A stretch of DNA of 64,000 nt, taken from assembly GCA_046565705.1 (NCBI GenBank), contig JBKHYE010000114.1:2164-66163 (forward strand), given 5' to 3'. Shown here one piece after another: positions 25,313 to 33,484 of this stretch. The notes beneath the pieces were generated by a model. It worked only from the letters and a program-made list of their open reading frames with translations, searched no databases and was not told the DNA's origin. Source of the DNA: Actinomycetes bacterium (GTDB taxonomy: Bacteria > Actinomycetota > Actinomycetes > Mycobacteriales > SCTD01). Made by a program: the position numbers and the translations under genes. The first letter of the stretch is position 1. Each line of letters opens with the position of its first letter.

Positions 25313-25905
25313 TCGTGCTCCTCGTTCTCGGCAGGCAGGGGCAGCAGTCGGGCGACCAGGCGGGCGACGTCGTCGGCGACCTGCTCGGGGCGGCCGCCGG
25401 GCAGGACCAGGTGGGACAGCGTGAGCCGGGTGACGACGTCGGCGGCGAGGCGGACGTCGTCGGCCGGCAGCTGCGGCCACTGGGCCAGCAGCTGCGCAGT
25501 GGTGCGGCGCGCGGCGACCTCGTGCAGCTGCTCCGCGCGGCTGGTGATGTAGGGCAGCAGCCCGCCGCCGCCGTCGACCGAGCTGTCGGTCAGCACGGCC
25601 TTGAGCAGCGGGTTGTCGGCGGCCGCGCGCAGCGTGTACTCGACGCGGGCGCGCAGCGCCTCGGCCGGGCTCGCGTCGTGGCCGGCCCGCGCGGCGTCGG
25701 CGCCGTCGACGTAGCGCTCGGCCTCGCGCAGCGCGAGCGCCTGGGCGAGGCCGTCCTTGCTGCCGAACTCGTAGTACAGCGTCTGCCGGCTCAGCCCGGC
25801 GGCGCGCGCGACGTCGGCCATCCGCGTCCTGGCCCACTCGCCCGCCACCACCGCGTCCGCGGCGGCGTCGAGCAGCAGGTCCCGCGTCGGTGTGCGCTGC
25901 GCCAC
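25309..25905 (-). CDS. TetR/AcrR-family transcriptional regulator
   Basis: GTG 25905. N-terminal HTH RTRMADVARAAGLSRQTLYYEFGSKDGL. Translationally coupled to the diiron gene. Confidence 0.9.
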   Translation of the reverse strand: MAQRTPTRDLLLDAAADAVVAGEWARTRMADVARAAGLSRQTLYYEFGSKDGLAQALALREAERYVDGADAARAGHDASPAEALRARVEYTLRAAADNPLLKAVLTDSSVDGGGGLLPYITSRAEQLHEVAARRTTAQLLAQWPQLPADDVRLAADVVTRLTLSHLVLPGGRPEQVADDVARLVARLLPLPAENEEHE

Positions 25906-25959
25906 ACCCGCTACCCTGACACGGGCCGCCGCTTTGTCAAGACACCGCGGCCGACGGTG

Positions 25960-27051
25960 TCAGCCGGTCGGCCGCCCCTCAGCCGGCAGGTCCTGCTGCT
26001 CGCGCGGCGCCACCCGGACGACGACGACCCGGTCGGCCTTGCGCAGGCGCAGCGAGGTGGCGGCGTCGAACATCAGCGTCTGGCCGTCGCGGACGACTGC
26101 GACGACGAGGTCGCGCGTCTCGCGAGGGGCCAGCCCCACCTCCTCCCGCAGCACCTCGCGCTCGGTGAGCTCGAGGCCCTGGCCCGGGACGAGCAGGTCC
26201 TCGAAGATCGCGCCGGTCGACGGGCTGGCGACCGCGACGCCGAGCAGCCGGCCGGCAGCCTCCGACGACACGACGACGCCGTCCGCCCCCCCGTCGCGCA
26301 GCAGGCCGGCGTTCTCGCTCTCGCGCACCGCCGCGACGATGTAGGCGCCCTCGTTGTGCCGGCGCACGGTGAGCGTGACGAGCACGGCGGCGTCGTCGCG
26401 CGGGACCGCGACGATCACCCGCGCCGCCGTGTCGATCTCGGCCCGGCGGAGCACCTCCGGCCGGGTCCCGTCGCCGGCGATGGCCGCGATGCCGTCGTCG
26501 GTGGCGTCCGCGATGTGGTCCGGGTCGTTGTCGACCACGACGATCTGCGCGGGGTCGGCGCCGTCCTCGAGCAGCGCGCGCACGGCGCTGCGCCCCTTGG
26601 TCCCGTACCCGACGACGACCGTGTGCTCGCGCAAGGACTTCCTCCAGCGGTTCTGCCGGATCTGCTCCCTCGTGCGCTCGGTGAGCACCTCGAGCGTCGT
26701 GCCGACCAGCACGACGAGGAACAGGACCCGCAGGGGGGTGATGACGAAGATGTTCACCAGGCGCGCGGCGTCGCTCACCGGTGTGATGTCGCCGTAGCCC
26801 GTGGTGGAGAGGCTGACCGTGGAGTAGTAGACCGCGTCGAGGAAGGAGAGCCCGTCGCCGAGCTTGTCGGCGTAGCCGGCGCGGTCGAGCCACACGACCA
26901 CGGCCACCGACATCAGCACGACGAGCGCGACGACCATGCGGCGCAGCACCGCCGCGACCGGGCCGCGCTCGGACTCCGGGATGAGCAGCCGCGCGCCCAG
27001 CCGGCCCGCCGAGCGGGCCACCGGCTCGGTCGGCCGGTGCGTAGCGGTCAC
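25960..27051 (-). CDS. Potassium channel with cytoplasmic RCK/TrkA-N and TrkA-C domains
   Basis: Two TM segments flank the selectivity filter SLSTTGYGDITP. Rossmann motif VVVGYGTKGRSAVRAL. The C-terminal TrkA-C-like beta domain is also present. Confidence 0.88.
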   Translation of the reverse strand: MTATHRPTEPVARSAGRLGARLLIPESERGPVAAVLRRMVVALVVLMSVAVVVWLDRAGYADKLGDGLSFLDAVYYSTVSLSTTGYGDITPVSDAARLVNIFVITPLRVLFLVVLVGTTLEVLTERTREQIRQNRWRKSLREHTVVVGYGTKGRSAVRALLEDGADPAQIVVVDNDPDHIADATDDGIAAIAGDGTRPEVLRRAEIDTAARVIVAVPRDDAAVLVTLTVRRHNEGAYIVAAVRESENAGLLRDGGADGVVVSSEAAGRLLGVAVASPSTGAIFEDLLVPGQGLELTEREVLREEVGLAPRETRDLVVAVVRDGQTLMFDAATSLRLRKADRVVVVRVAPREQQDLPAEGRPTG

Positions 27052-27101
27052 CGGGCGAGCGTAGGCGCGCGGGTGGCGCGCGGCTGCGCGACACTCGACG
27101 C

Positions 27102-29039
27102 GTGCAGCCCGCCGCCGGTGCCGGCCCGTCCGCCGAGGGCGACGAGCACGACCTCGACGACCGCCCCGGCGACCCGGTGGTCGTCGAGCCGTGGCTCGGC
27201 GCGCCCGCCCGCTCGTACCGGCGCCGTCCCGGCAGCGTCAGCGCGGTGCTCGACCGGGCGGTGCTCCGGTGGCCGGACCGCACCGCGTTCGTCGACGTCG
27301 ACGGCACGTCGGTCGGCTACCGGGACTTCGCCGACCGGGTCGAGGTCGCGGCCCGCTCGCTGCGCGCCCGCGGGCTGCAGCCCGGTGACGCGGTGGCGGT
27401 CGCCTCCGGCAACACGCTCGCGCTGGCGACGGCGGTGTTCGCCTGCGCCCGCGCGCAGCTGGTGCTCGTCGGGCTGAACACGCGGCTCGCCCCGCCGCAG
27501 TGGGCCTACATGCTCGAGCACATGGGCGCCCGGCTCGCCCTCGGCAGCGCGGCGTTCCTCGCCGGGCTGCGGGAGGCCGGCGCCACGGGCGCCGAGCCGC
27601 TCGAGGAGGTGCTCGCGGAGGGCGGGCCGGCGCTGCTGGACGAGCCGCGGGACGAGGCGGCGACGTACGCGGTGGTGTTCACGTCCGGGACGACAGGACG
27701 GCCGAAGGCGTCGCAGGTGGTGCACCGCTGCTCGGTGCACAGCGCGATGAGCTACCAGCGGGTGCTGCGGCTCGGTACGGACGACGTCACGGCGGTGTGG
27801 TTCCCGCTGTACTACATCTCGGCGATGCACGCGCACGTGCTGCCGGCGATGCTGGCCGGCGCGACCTGCGTGCTGGCCGACACGTCGTCGCCGCGCGAGT
27901 TCGTCGACCTCCTCGAGCGGTACCGGGTCAGCTGGGCGTACGCCGTGCCGTCGTGGTGGCGGCTGTGCCTGCGCGTGCCGGAGCTGTCCCGCGACCGCCT
28001 CCCCGCGCTCACGCGCGTCGCAGCCGGCGGCGCGCCGTTCCCCGCGGACCTGCAGACGGCGCTGCGCGACCGGCTCGACGGCGTCCGCCTGCTCGACGTG
28101 TACGGCTTGTCGGAGACCCACTCGCCCGGCTGCATCGCGGACGACGACGACCTGCGCGCGCGGCCGGGCACCGTCGGCCGGCCGCTGGACTGCATGGAGG
28201 CCGAGATCCGCGACGACGACGGCCGGCCGCTCCCGGCGGGCGAGCCCGGGACGCTGTGGCTGCGCGGCTCGCTCGTGACGACCGGCTACGCGGGCGACGA
28301 CGAGGCCACGGCGGAGGCCGTCGTCGACGGGTGGTTCGACACGGGCGACGTCGCCCGCGTCGACCACGACGGCCGCGTCACCGTGCTGGACCGCACCAAG
28401 GACATGATCAACCGGGGCGGGACGAAGATCTTCTCGGCCGAGGTCGAGGAGCTGCTGCGGCAGCACCCGGCGGTCGAGGACGCGGCCGTCGTCGGGGTGC
28501 ACGACGCGCTCGCGGGCGAGGCGGTCGCGGCCTTCGTGGTCCCGCACGACACCGGGGCGCCGGCGGTGACGCCCGCCGAGGTGCGTGCGTGGGTGCGGGA
28601 GCGGATGGCCGACCATGCGGCTCCCAAGGTGGTCGAGCTCGTCGACGCGCTGCCGCGCAACGCGGTCGGCAAGACCGACAAGGCGGCGCTGCGGGCACGG
28701 CTGGGCGCCGGGCCGCCGACCTCCCCGGCGCCGGCCGCCGACCGGGTCGACAGCGGGGTCGTCCTCCACGCCCTGGCCGAGCCGCACCGCGCCGAGCTCG
28801 TCCGCCTGCTCGTCGACCGCCAGCTGCCGGTGCGCGACCTGGTCGCCGTCACCGGCATGGCGCAGCCGCTGGTGTCGCACCACCTGCGCGTGCTGCGCGA
28901 GGCCGGGCTCGTGGACAGCAGCACGCGGGCCGGGCTGTCGGTGTACCGGGTCCGGCCCGACACGCTGTCCGAGCTCGCCGACCGGCTGCAGGGCCTGGCC
29001 GCCCGGGCCGCCGGCACGGCGCGCACGACCCCGTGGTGA
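27102..29039 (+). CDS. Adenylate-forming (ANL) acyl ligase fused to a C-terminal ArsR/SmtB winged-helix DNA-binding domain
   Basis: ANL motifs VVFTSGTTGRPKA, VYGLSET, DGWFDTGD, DRTKDMINRGGTKI, LPRNAVGKTDK. After the linker GAGPPTSPAPAADR, the same frame gives LHALAEPHRAELVRLLVDRQLPVRDLVAVTGMAQPLVSHHLRVLREAGLVDSSTRAGLSVYRV. The 5' start (GTG 27102) is uncertain. Confidence 0.85.
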   Translation: MQPAAGAGPSAEGDEHDLDDRPGDPVVVEPWLGAPARSYRRRPGSVSAVLDRAVLRWPDRTAFVDVDGTSVGYRDFADRVEVAARSLRARGLQPGDAVAVASGNTLALATAVFACARAQLVLVGLNTRLAPPQWAYMLEHMGARLALGSAAFLAGLREAGATGAEPLEEVLAEGGPALLDEPRDEAATYAVVFTSGTTGRPKASQVVHRCSVHSAMSYQRVLRLGTDDVTAVWFPLYYISAMHAHVLPAMLAGATCVLADTSSPREFVDLLERYRVSWAYAVPSWWRLCLRVPELSRDRLPALTRVAAGGAPFPADLQTALRDRLDGVRLLDVYGLSETHSPGCIADDDDLRARPGTVGRPLDCMEAEIRDDDGRPLPAGEPGTLWLRGSLVTTGYAGDDEATAEAVVDGWFDTGDVARVDHDGRVTVLDRTKDMINRGGTKIFSAEVEELLRQHPAVEDAAVVGVHDALAGEAVAAFVVPHDTGAPAVTPAEVRAWVRERMADHAAPKVVELVDALPRNAVGKTDKAALRARLGAGPPTSPAPAADRVDSGVVLHALAEPHRAELVRLLVDRQLPVRDLVAVTGMAQPLVSHHLRVLREAGLVDSSTRAGLSVYRVRPDTLSELADRLQGLAARAAGTARTTPW

Positions 29040-29057
29040 GCGCCTAGCATCGCGGCC

Positions 29058-29303
29058 GTGCAGCGCGATCAGGTCCTGACCGTCGTCCGCTCGGTCGCCG
29101 AGCGGCTGCTCGACGTGCCCGGCGACGAGCTGCAGGAGTCGACCCGGTTCGTCGACGACCTCGCCGTCGACTCGCTCGCGCTGGTCGAGTACGCGATGGC
29201 CCTCGAGGACGAGCTGAACGTGCGGCTGCCCGAGGACGAGCTCGCCGAGGCGCGGACGGTCGGTCAGCTGCTCGACCTGCTCACCGCGCGCGTCCCGGCC
29301 TGA
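29058..29303 (+). CDS. Stand-alone acyl/peptidyl carrier protein
   Basis: 81 aa. Phosphopantetheine site FVDDLAVDSLALVEYAMALEDEL (DSL). It starts 18 nt after the ligase stop. Confidence 0.88.
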   Translation: MQRDQVLTVVRSVAERLLDVPGDELQESTRFVDDLAVDSLALVEYAMALEDELNVRLPEDELAEARTVGQLLDLLTARVPA

Positions 29304-29305
29304 CC

Positions 29306-30073
29306 GTGCTGCTCGTCGGGCGCCGGGTGCTCGTCACCGGCGTGCTGACCGAGTCGTCGCTCGCCGGCGCGGTCGTCCGCGAGGCGCGGGCGCAGGGCGC
29401 CGAGGTGCTGCTCACCTCACCGGTCTGCCGGGCGCACCGCGTCACGAGCCGCGTCGCGCCCCGGCTCGGCGTCGACGCACCGGTGCTCGAGCTCGACGTC
29501 GAGCTGCCGGACGACCTGGCAGCGCTGCCCGACGCCGTCCGCGAGGCCGGGTGGGACGGCGTGGACGGCCTGGTGCACGCGATCGCCTACCTCGGCGACG
29601 GCGACCGGTCCGCCGGCTTCGCCGCTGCGCCCTGGGACGCCGTCGCGCCGGCGCTGCAGACGGCGACGTGGTCGATGGCGGCGGTCGTGCACGCGCTGCG
29701 GCCGCTGCTGACCCGGGGGTCCTCGGTCGTCGGGCTGACCCTCGACCCGTCACGGGCCCGCGCCGGGGCGGACTGGCTCCCCGTCGCGCGGGCGGGTCTG
29801 GCGGCCGTGACCCGGCAGCTCGCGCGCGAGGTCGGGCCGGACGGCGTCCGGGTGAACCTGGTCGCCTCGGGGCCGGCCCGCACGATGCTGTCGCGGGCGC
29901 TGCCCGAGACCGAGGCGCTGGTCGCCGAGTGGGCCGAGCGCGCCCCGCTCGGCTGGGACGCCGACGACTCCGCGGCGGTCGGCCGCACCGTCGCCGCGCT
30001 GCTGTCGGACCTGCTGCCGGCCACGACCGGAGACGTCGTGCACGCCGACGGCGGCCGGCACGCCGTCGAGTAG
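29306..30073 (+). CDS. FabI/InhA-like SDR paralogue with non-canonical active-site residues
   Basis: Co-linear with the housekeeping FabI at 37508..38272 (RRVLVTGVLTESSLA, VRVNLVASGPARTM, RAPLGWDADD). The block DFDARVAWPSYDWMGVAKAG of that enzyme reads TLDPSRARAGADWLPVARAG here. Confidence 0.8.
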   Translation: MLLVGRRVLVTGVLTESSLAGAVVREARAQGAEVLLTSPVCRAHRVTSRVAPRLGVDAPVLELDVELPDDLAALPDAVREAGWDGVDGLVHAIAYLGDGDRSAGFAAAPWDAVAPALQTATWSMAAVVHALRPLLTRGSSVVGLTLDPSRARAGADWLPVARAGLAAVTRQLAREVGPDGVRVNLVASGPARTMLSRALPETEALVAEWAERAPLGWDADDSAAVGRTVAALLSDLLPATTGDVVHADGGRHAVE

Positions 30074-30114
30074 TCGACCTGCGCGGCTCGACCGGGCGCA
30101 CTAGCGTCGCGTCG

Positions 30115-31164
30115 GTGACGACCGCCGCCCCCGCGCGTGACCTGCTGGCCGACACCTCGGCCCTGTGCCAGGAGCTCGCCGCCGACGCCCGCCGGCTCGA
30201 GCGCGACGGTGTCACCCGCGACAACGTCCGGCGGCTGGCCGACGCGGGGCTGCTCGCGGTCTACGGCCCGCCGGAGCTCGGCGGCGCTCCGCCGGCCGAG
30301 CAGCGCCAGGTGGCCGAGCTGCTCGCCGGCGCCAGCCCCGACGCCTGGTTCGTCTGGTACCAGCACGGCCCGGTCGTGCGCTTCCTCGCCGCCAGCGACA
30401 ACGAGGACCTCAAGGCCCGCTGGCTGCCGGTGCTCTGCTCCGGCGACGCCGTCGGCGGCGTCGCGTGGAGCAACCTGCGCACCGCCCGCCCGTCGGTGTC
30501 CGCGCAGCGGGCCGGCTCCGGCTGGGCACTGACCGGTCCGCAGCCGTGGTGCACCGGCTGGGGCATGCACGACGCGCTGTTCGTCGGCGGCCGCACGGTG
30601 CCCGACGACGGCGGCGCCCCCGAGGTGGTGTTCGGGATCGTGCCGGCCGACCGGCCGGGGCTGGTGGGGCAGGGCGAGCTCGAGCTCGCCGCGATGGGCG
30701 GCACGTCGACCCACGCCGTCCGCTACGAGGGCCTGGTGGTGCACGACGACGAGCTGATCCTCCGCAAGGACTTCGCCGCGTGGGCCGCGGCCGACACCGT
30801 GATGAACCGCAACGTGCAGCCGTCGACGTTCGGCATCGCGCTCGCGGCACTCGAGCTGCTCCAGGCGGCGTCGCCGGCCACCGCGTCCGCGCTGCGCGAG
30901 CGGGTGCTGTCCGTGCGCGAGCGGGCCTACCGGCTGATGGACGAGGTCGACCCGGCCGAGGCCGGTGACGAGCGGCTCGCGCTGCGGGCCTCGGCTCTCG
31001 TCCTCGGCGTCGAGGCGTGCACCGCGCTGGTCGCCGCGCGCGGCGGGCGCGGCATGGGTCTGGACGACCCGGCGCAGCGGCTGCTGCGCGCTGCGGCCTT
31101 CCAGCTGGTGCACGCGCAGGCCGCGCACGTCCGGGAGGCCACGCTCACCGCGCTGGCCGGCTGA
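30115..31164 (+). CDS. Acyl-CoA dehydrogenase-fold flavoprotein (short, type-2-like)
   Basis: GTG 30115, the last 349 codons of track ORF 29551..31164. ACAD-like layout (LADAGLLAVYGPPELGG, WFVWYQHGPVV, GWALTGPQPWCTGWG, TSTHAVRYEGLVV). I could not find the usual C-terminal catalytic Glu context. Confidence 0.7.
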   Translation: MTTAAPARDLLADTSALCQELAADARRLERDGVTRDNVRRLADAGLLAVYGPPELGGAPPAEQRQVAELLAGASPDAWFVWYQHGPVVRFLAASDNEDLKARWLPVLCSGDAVGGVAWSNLRTARPSVSAQRAGSGWALTGPQPWCTGWGMHDALFVGGRTVPDDGGAPEVVFGIVPADRPGLVGQGELELAAMGGTSTHAVRYEGLVVHDDELILRKDFAAWAAADTVMNRNVQPSTFGIALAALELLQAASPATASALRERVLSVRERAYRLMDEVDPAEAGDERLALRASALVLGVEACTALVAARGGRGMGLDDPAQRLLRAAAFQLVHAQAAHVREATLTALAG

Positions 31165-31166
31165 CG

Positions 31167-32711
31167 GTGGAGCCGGGGCTCGTCGAGGAGGTCGTCGGCG
31201 GCGTCCGCGTCCGCTGCTGGGCGACCCGGCCGACCTCGCTCGTCGACCTCCTCGGGCAGGCGCTGTGTCGCTCCGCCGACGACGTGCTGCTCGTCGATCC
31301 GGCGCTCGGCCGGACCGTCACCTACGCGCAGTTCGCGGCGCTCGTCGAGGGCGCCGCCGAGACGCTGTCGGGCCGCGGGCTGCGACCGGGCGACCGCGTG
31401 GCGGTGCTGGTGCGCAACGGGCTCGCGGCCGCCGTCGCGCTGTGGGCGTGCGCGCGCGCCGGCCTCGTGCACGTCGGGCTGCCCGCCGACGCGCCGCCGG
31501 CCCGGCTGGCGGAGCTGGTGGAGCTCACCGGTCCCGCGCTGGTCGTCTGCGCGCCGGAGCTGCGGCCGCTGGCGGCCGACACCGGGCTCGACCCGCAGGA
31601 CGCCGCCGAGGTCCTCCTCGGCGCCGAGCGCCCGTGGGAGCACGGCCGGGCGCTGCCCGACGAGGACGAGACGTACGCGCTTCTCGCCACCAGCGGCACC
31701 ACCGGCCGGCCCAAGGCGGTCCGGCTGACCGGCCGGATGGTCGGCCACGCCGCCGTCGCCTACACCCGGCTCCTGGGCCTCACTCCGCGCGACCGCACCG
31801 CGATCCACCTGTCGTTCGCGTGGGTGTCGGGGCACGTCACGCAGCTGGCGCCGGCCATGTGGTCCGGCGGCTCGGCGGTGACGATGCCGGCGTTCAGCGC
31901 GTCGGCGCTGCTCGAGGTCTGCCGCGAGCACGGCGTCAGCTGGCTCGACGTCGTGCCGAGCATCTGGGAGCTGCTGCTGCGGCAGCCGGGCTTCCGCGCC
32001 GCCGAGCTGCCGGCCGTGCGGGCCGCCGTGTTCGGCGGCGCACCGGCGCCGCCCGGCACGCTCGAGCGGGTCCGCGAGCGGGTGCCGCACCTGCGGCTGC
32101 TCGACGTGTACGCGCAGTCCGAGACGTGCGCGCCGGTGACCGTGCTGGGCGACCTCGACGCGCTGCGCAAGCCCGGCACCGTCGGCACGCCCGTGCCGTA
32201 CTGCGACGTGCGCGTCGTCGGACCGGACGGCGTCGCGGTGCCGACGGGCGGCACGGGTGAGATCGAGGTCCGGTCGCCGACCGTGACCCCGGGCTACTGG
32301 CCGCCCGACGTCGCGCCGGTCACGGACGGCTGGCTGCGCACCGGTGACGTCGGACGGCTCGACGACGAGGGCTTCCTGACCGTCAGCGGGCGCGCGGTCG
32401 ACCTCGTGATCCGCGGCGGCGTGAACGTCTTCCCGGCGGAGGTCGAGCGGGCGCTGCTGGCGACCGGTGCGCTGGCCGACGCCGCCGTCGTGGGGGTGCC
32501 GTCTGCGGTCAGCGGCCAGAACGTGGCGGCGGCCGTCGTCCCGCTGCCCGGGCACGACGTCGACGTGCTGGCGCTCCAGCGCGCCGTCCGCGACGCGCTC
32601 GGCGCGCACGCCGTGCCACGACCGCTGCGCGTCGTCGACGACCTGCCGCGCGGGCGCAACGACAAGCTCGACCGGGCGGCGGTCGCCGCGCTGCTCGCGA
32701 CGCCGCGCTGA
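31167..32711 (+). CDS. Second adenylate-forming (ANL) acyl ligase
   Basis: GTG 31167, 2 nt after the upstream stop. LLATSGTTGRPKA, VYAQSET, DGWLRTGDVG, DLVIRGGVNVFP, LPRGRNDKLDR. Confidence 0.85.
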   Translation: MEPGLVEEVVGGVRVRCWATRPTSLVDLLGQALCRSADDVLLVDPALGRTVTYAQFAALVEGAAETLSGRGLRPGDRVAVLVRNGLAAAVALWACARAGLVHVGLPADAPPARLAELVELTGPALVVCAPELRPLAADTGLDPQDAAEVLLGAERPWEHGRALPDEDETYALLATSGTTGRPKAVRLTGRMVGHAAVAYTRLLGLTPRDRTAIHLSFAWVSGHVTQLAPAMWSGGSAVTMPAFSASALLEVCREHGVSWLDVVPSIWELLLRQPGFRAAELPAVRAAVFGGAPAPPGTLERVRERVPHLRLLDVYAQSETCAPVTVLGDLDALRKPGTVGTPVPYCDVRVVGPDGVAVPTGGTGEIEVRSPTVTPGYWPPDVAPVTDGWLRTGDVGRLDDEGFLTVSGRAVDLVIRGGVNVFPAEVERALLATGALADAAVVGVPSAVSGQNVAAAVVPLPGHDVDVLALQRAVRDALGAHAVPRPLRVVDDLPRGRNDKLDRAAVAALLATPR

Positions 32712-32727
32712 GGCGCGCCGACGCCGG

Positions 32728-33477
32728 TCACCCGGCCAGGACCCGCTCGAGCACCTCGGCCTTGAGCTTGACGAAGTCGGGGTCGGCGAGCACCTCCCGG
32801 CCGCGGTCGGCGCCGAACGGCACCAGCAGCTCGTCGACGACGACCGCCGGCCGGTGCGAGAGCAGCGCCAGCCGGTCGCCGAGCAGCAGCGCCTCCTCGA
32901 CGTCGTGCGTGACGAGCAGCGTCGTCGTCGGCCGCTCGGCGAGCAGCGCGCGCAGCCACTCGTGCATGCGCAGCCGGGTCTGCGCGTCGAGCGCGCCGAA
33001 CGGCTCGTCGAGCAGCAGCACCGGCGGCCGGTTCGCCAGGACCTGGGCGATCGCGGCGCGCTGCCGCATGCCGCCGGACAGCTGCTTGGGCAGCGCCTGC
33101 TCGAAGCCGGTGAGGCCGGTGGCGGCGAGCACGTCGTCGACGACGGCGCGCACCTCGTCGGCAGGCCGCCGCTGCGCCCGCGGGCCGAACGCCAGGTTGT
33201 CGCGCAGCGTCAGCCACGGGAACAGCCCGCCGGCCTGGGCCACCATCCCGCGCTCCGGCGACGGCCCGGTGACCGGCCGGCCGTCGAGCAGCACCCGCCC
33301 GGCCGACGGCGCCTCGAAGCCGGCGAGGACGCGCAGCAGCGTCGACTTGCCGCACCCGCTCGGCCCGAGCACGGCGAGCACCTCGGCGGGCCGCGCCTCG
33401 ACCGAGACGCCGTCGAGCACGAGCAGCCCGCCGAAGCTCTTCTCGACGCCGTCGGCGACGAGGTCGCCGCCCCTCAC
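32728..33477 (-). CDS. ABC transporter ATP-binding protein (NitT/TauT family)
   Basis: Walker A GPSGCGKST, Q-loop, signature LSGGMRQR, Walker B LLLDEPFGALD, H-loop VTHD. Confidence 0.92.
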   Translation of the reverse strand: MRGGDLVADGVEKSFGGLLVLDGVSVEARPAEVLAVLGPSGCGKSTLLRVLAGFEAPSAGRVLLDGRPVTGPSPERGMVAQAGGLFPWLTLRDNLAFGPRAQRRPADEVRAVVDDVLAATGLTGFEQALPKQLSGGMRQRAAIAQVLANRPPVLLLDEPFGALDAQTRLRMHEWLRALLAERPTTTLLVTHDVEEALLLGDRLALLSHRPAVVVDELLVPFGADRGREVLADPDFVKLKAEVLERVLAG

Positions 33478-33484
33478 GCCCCCC

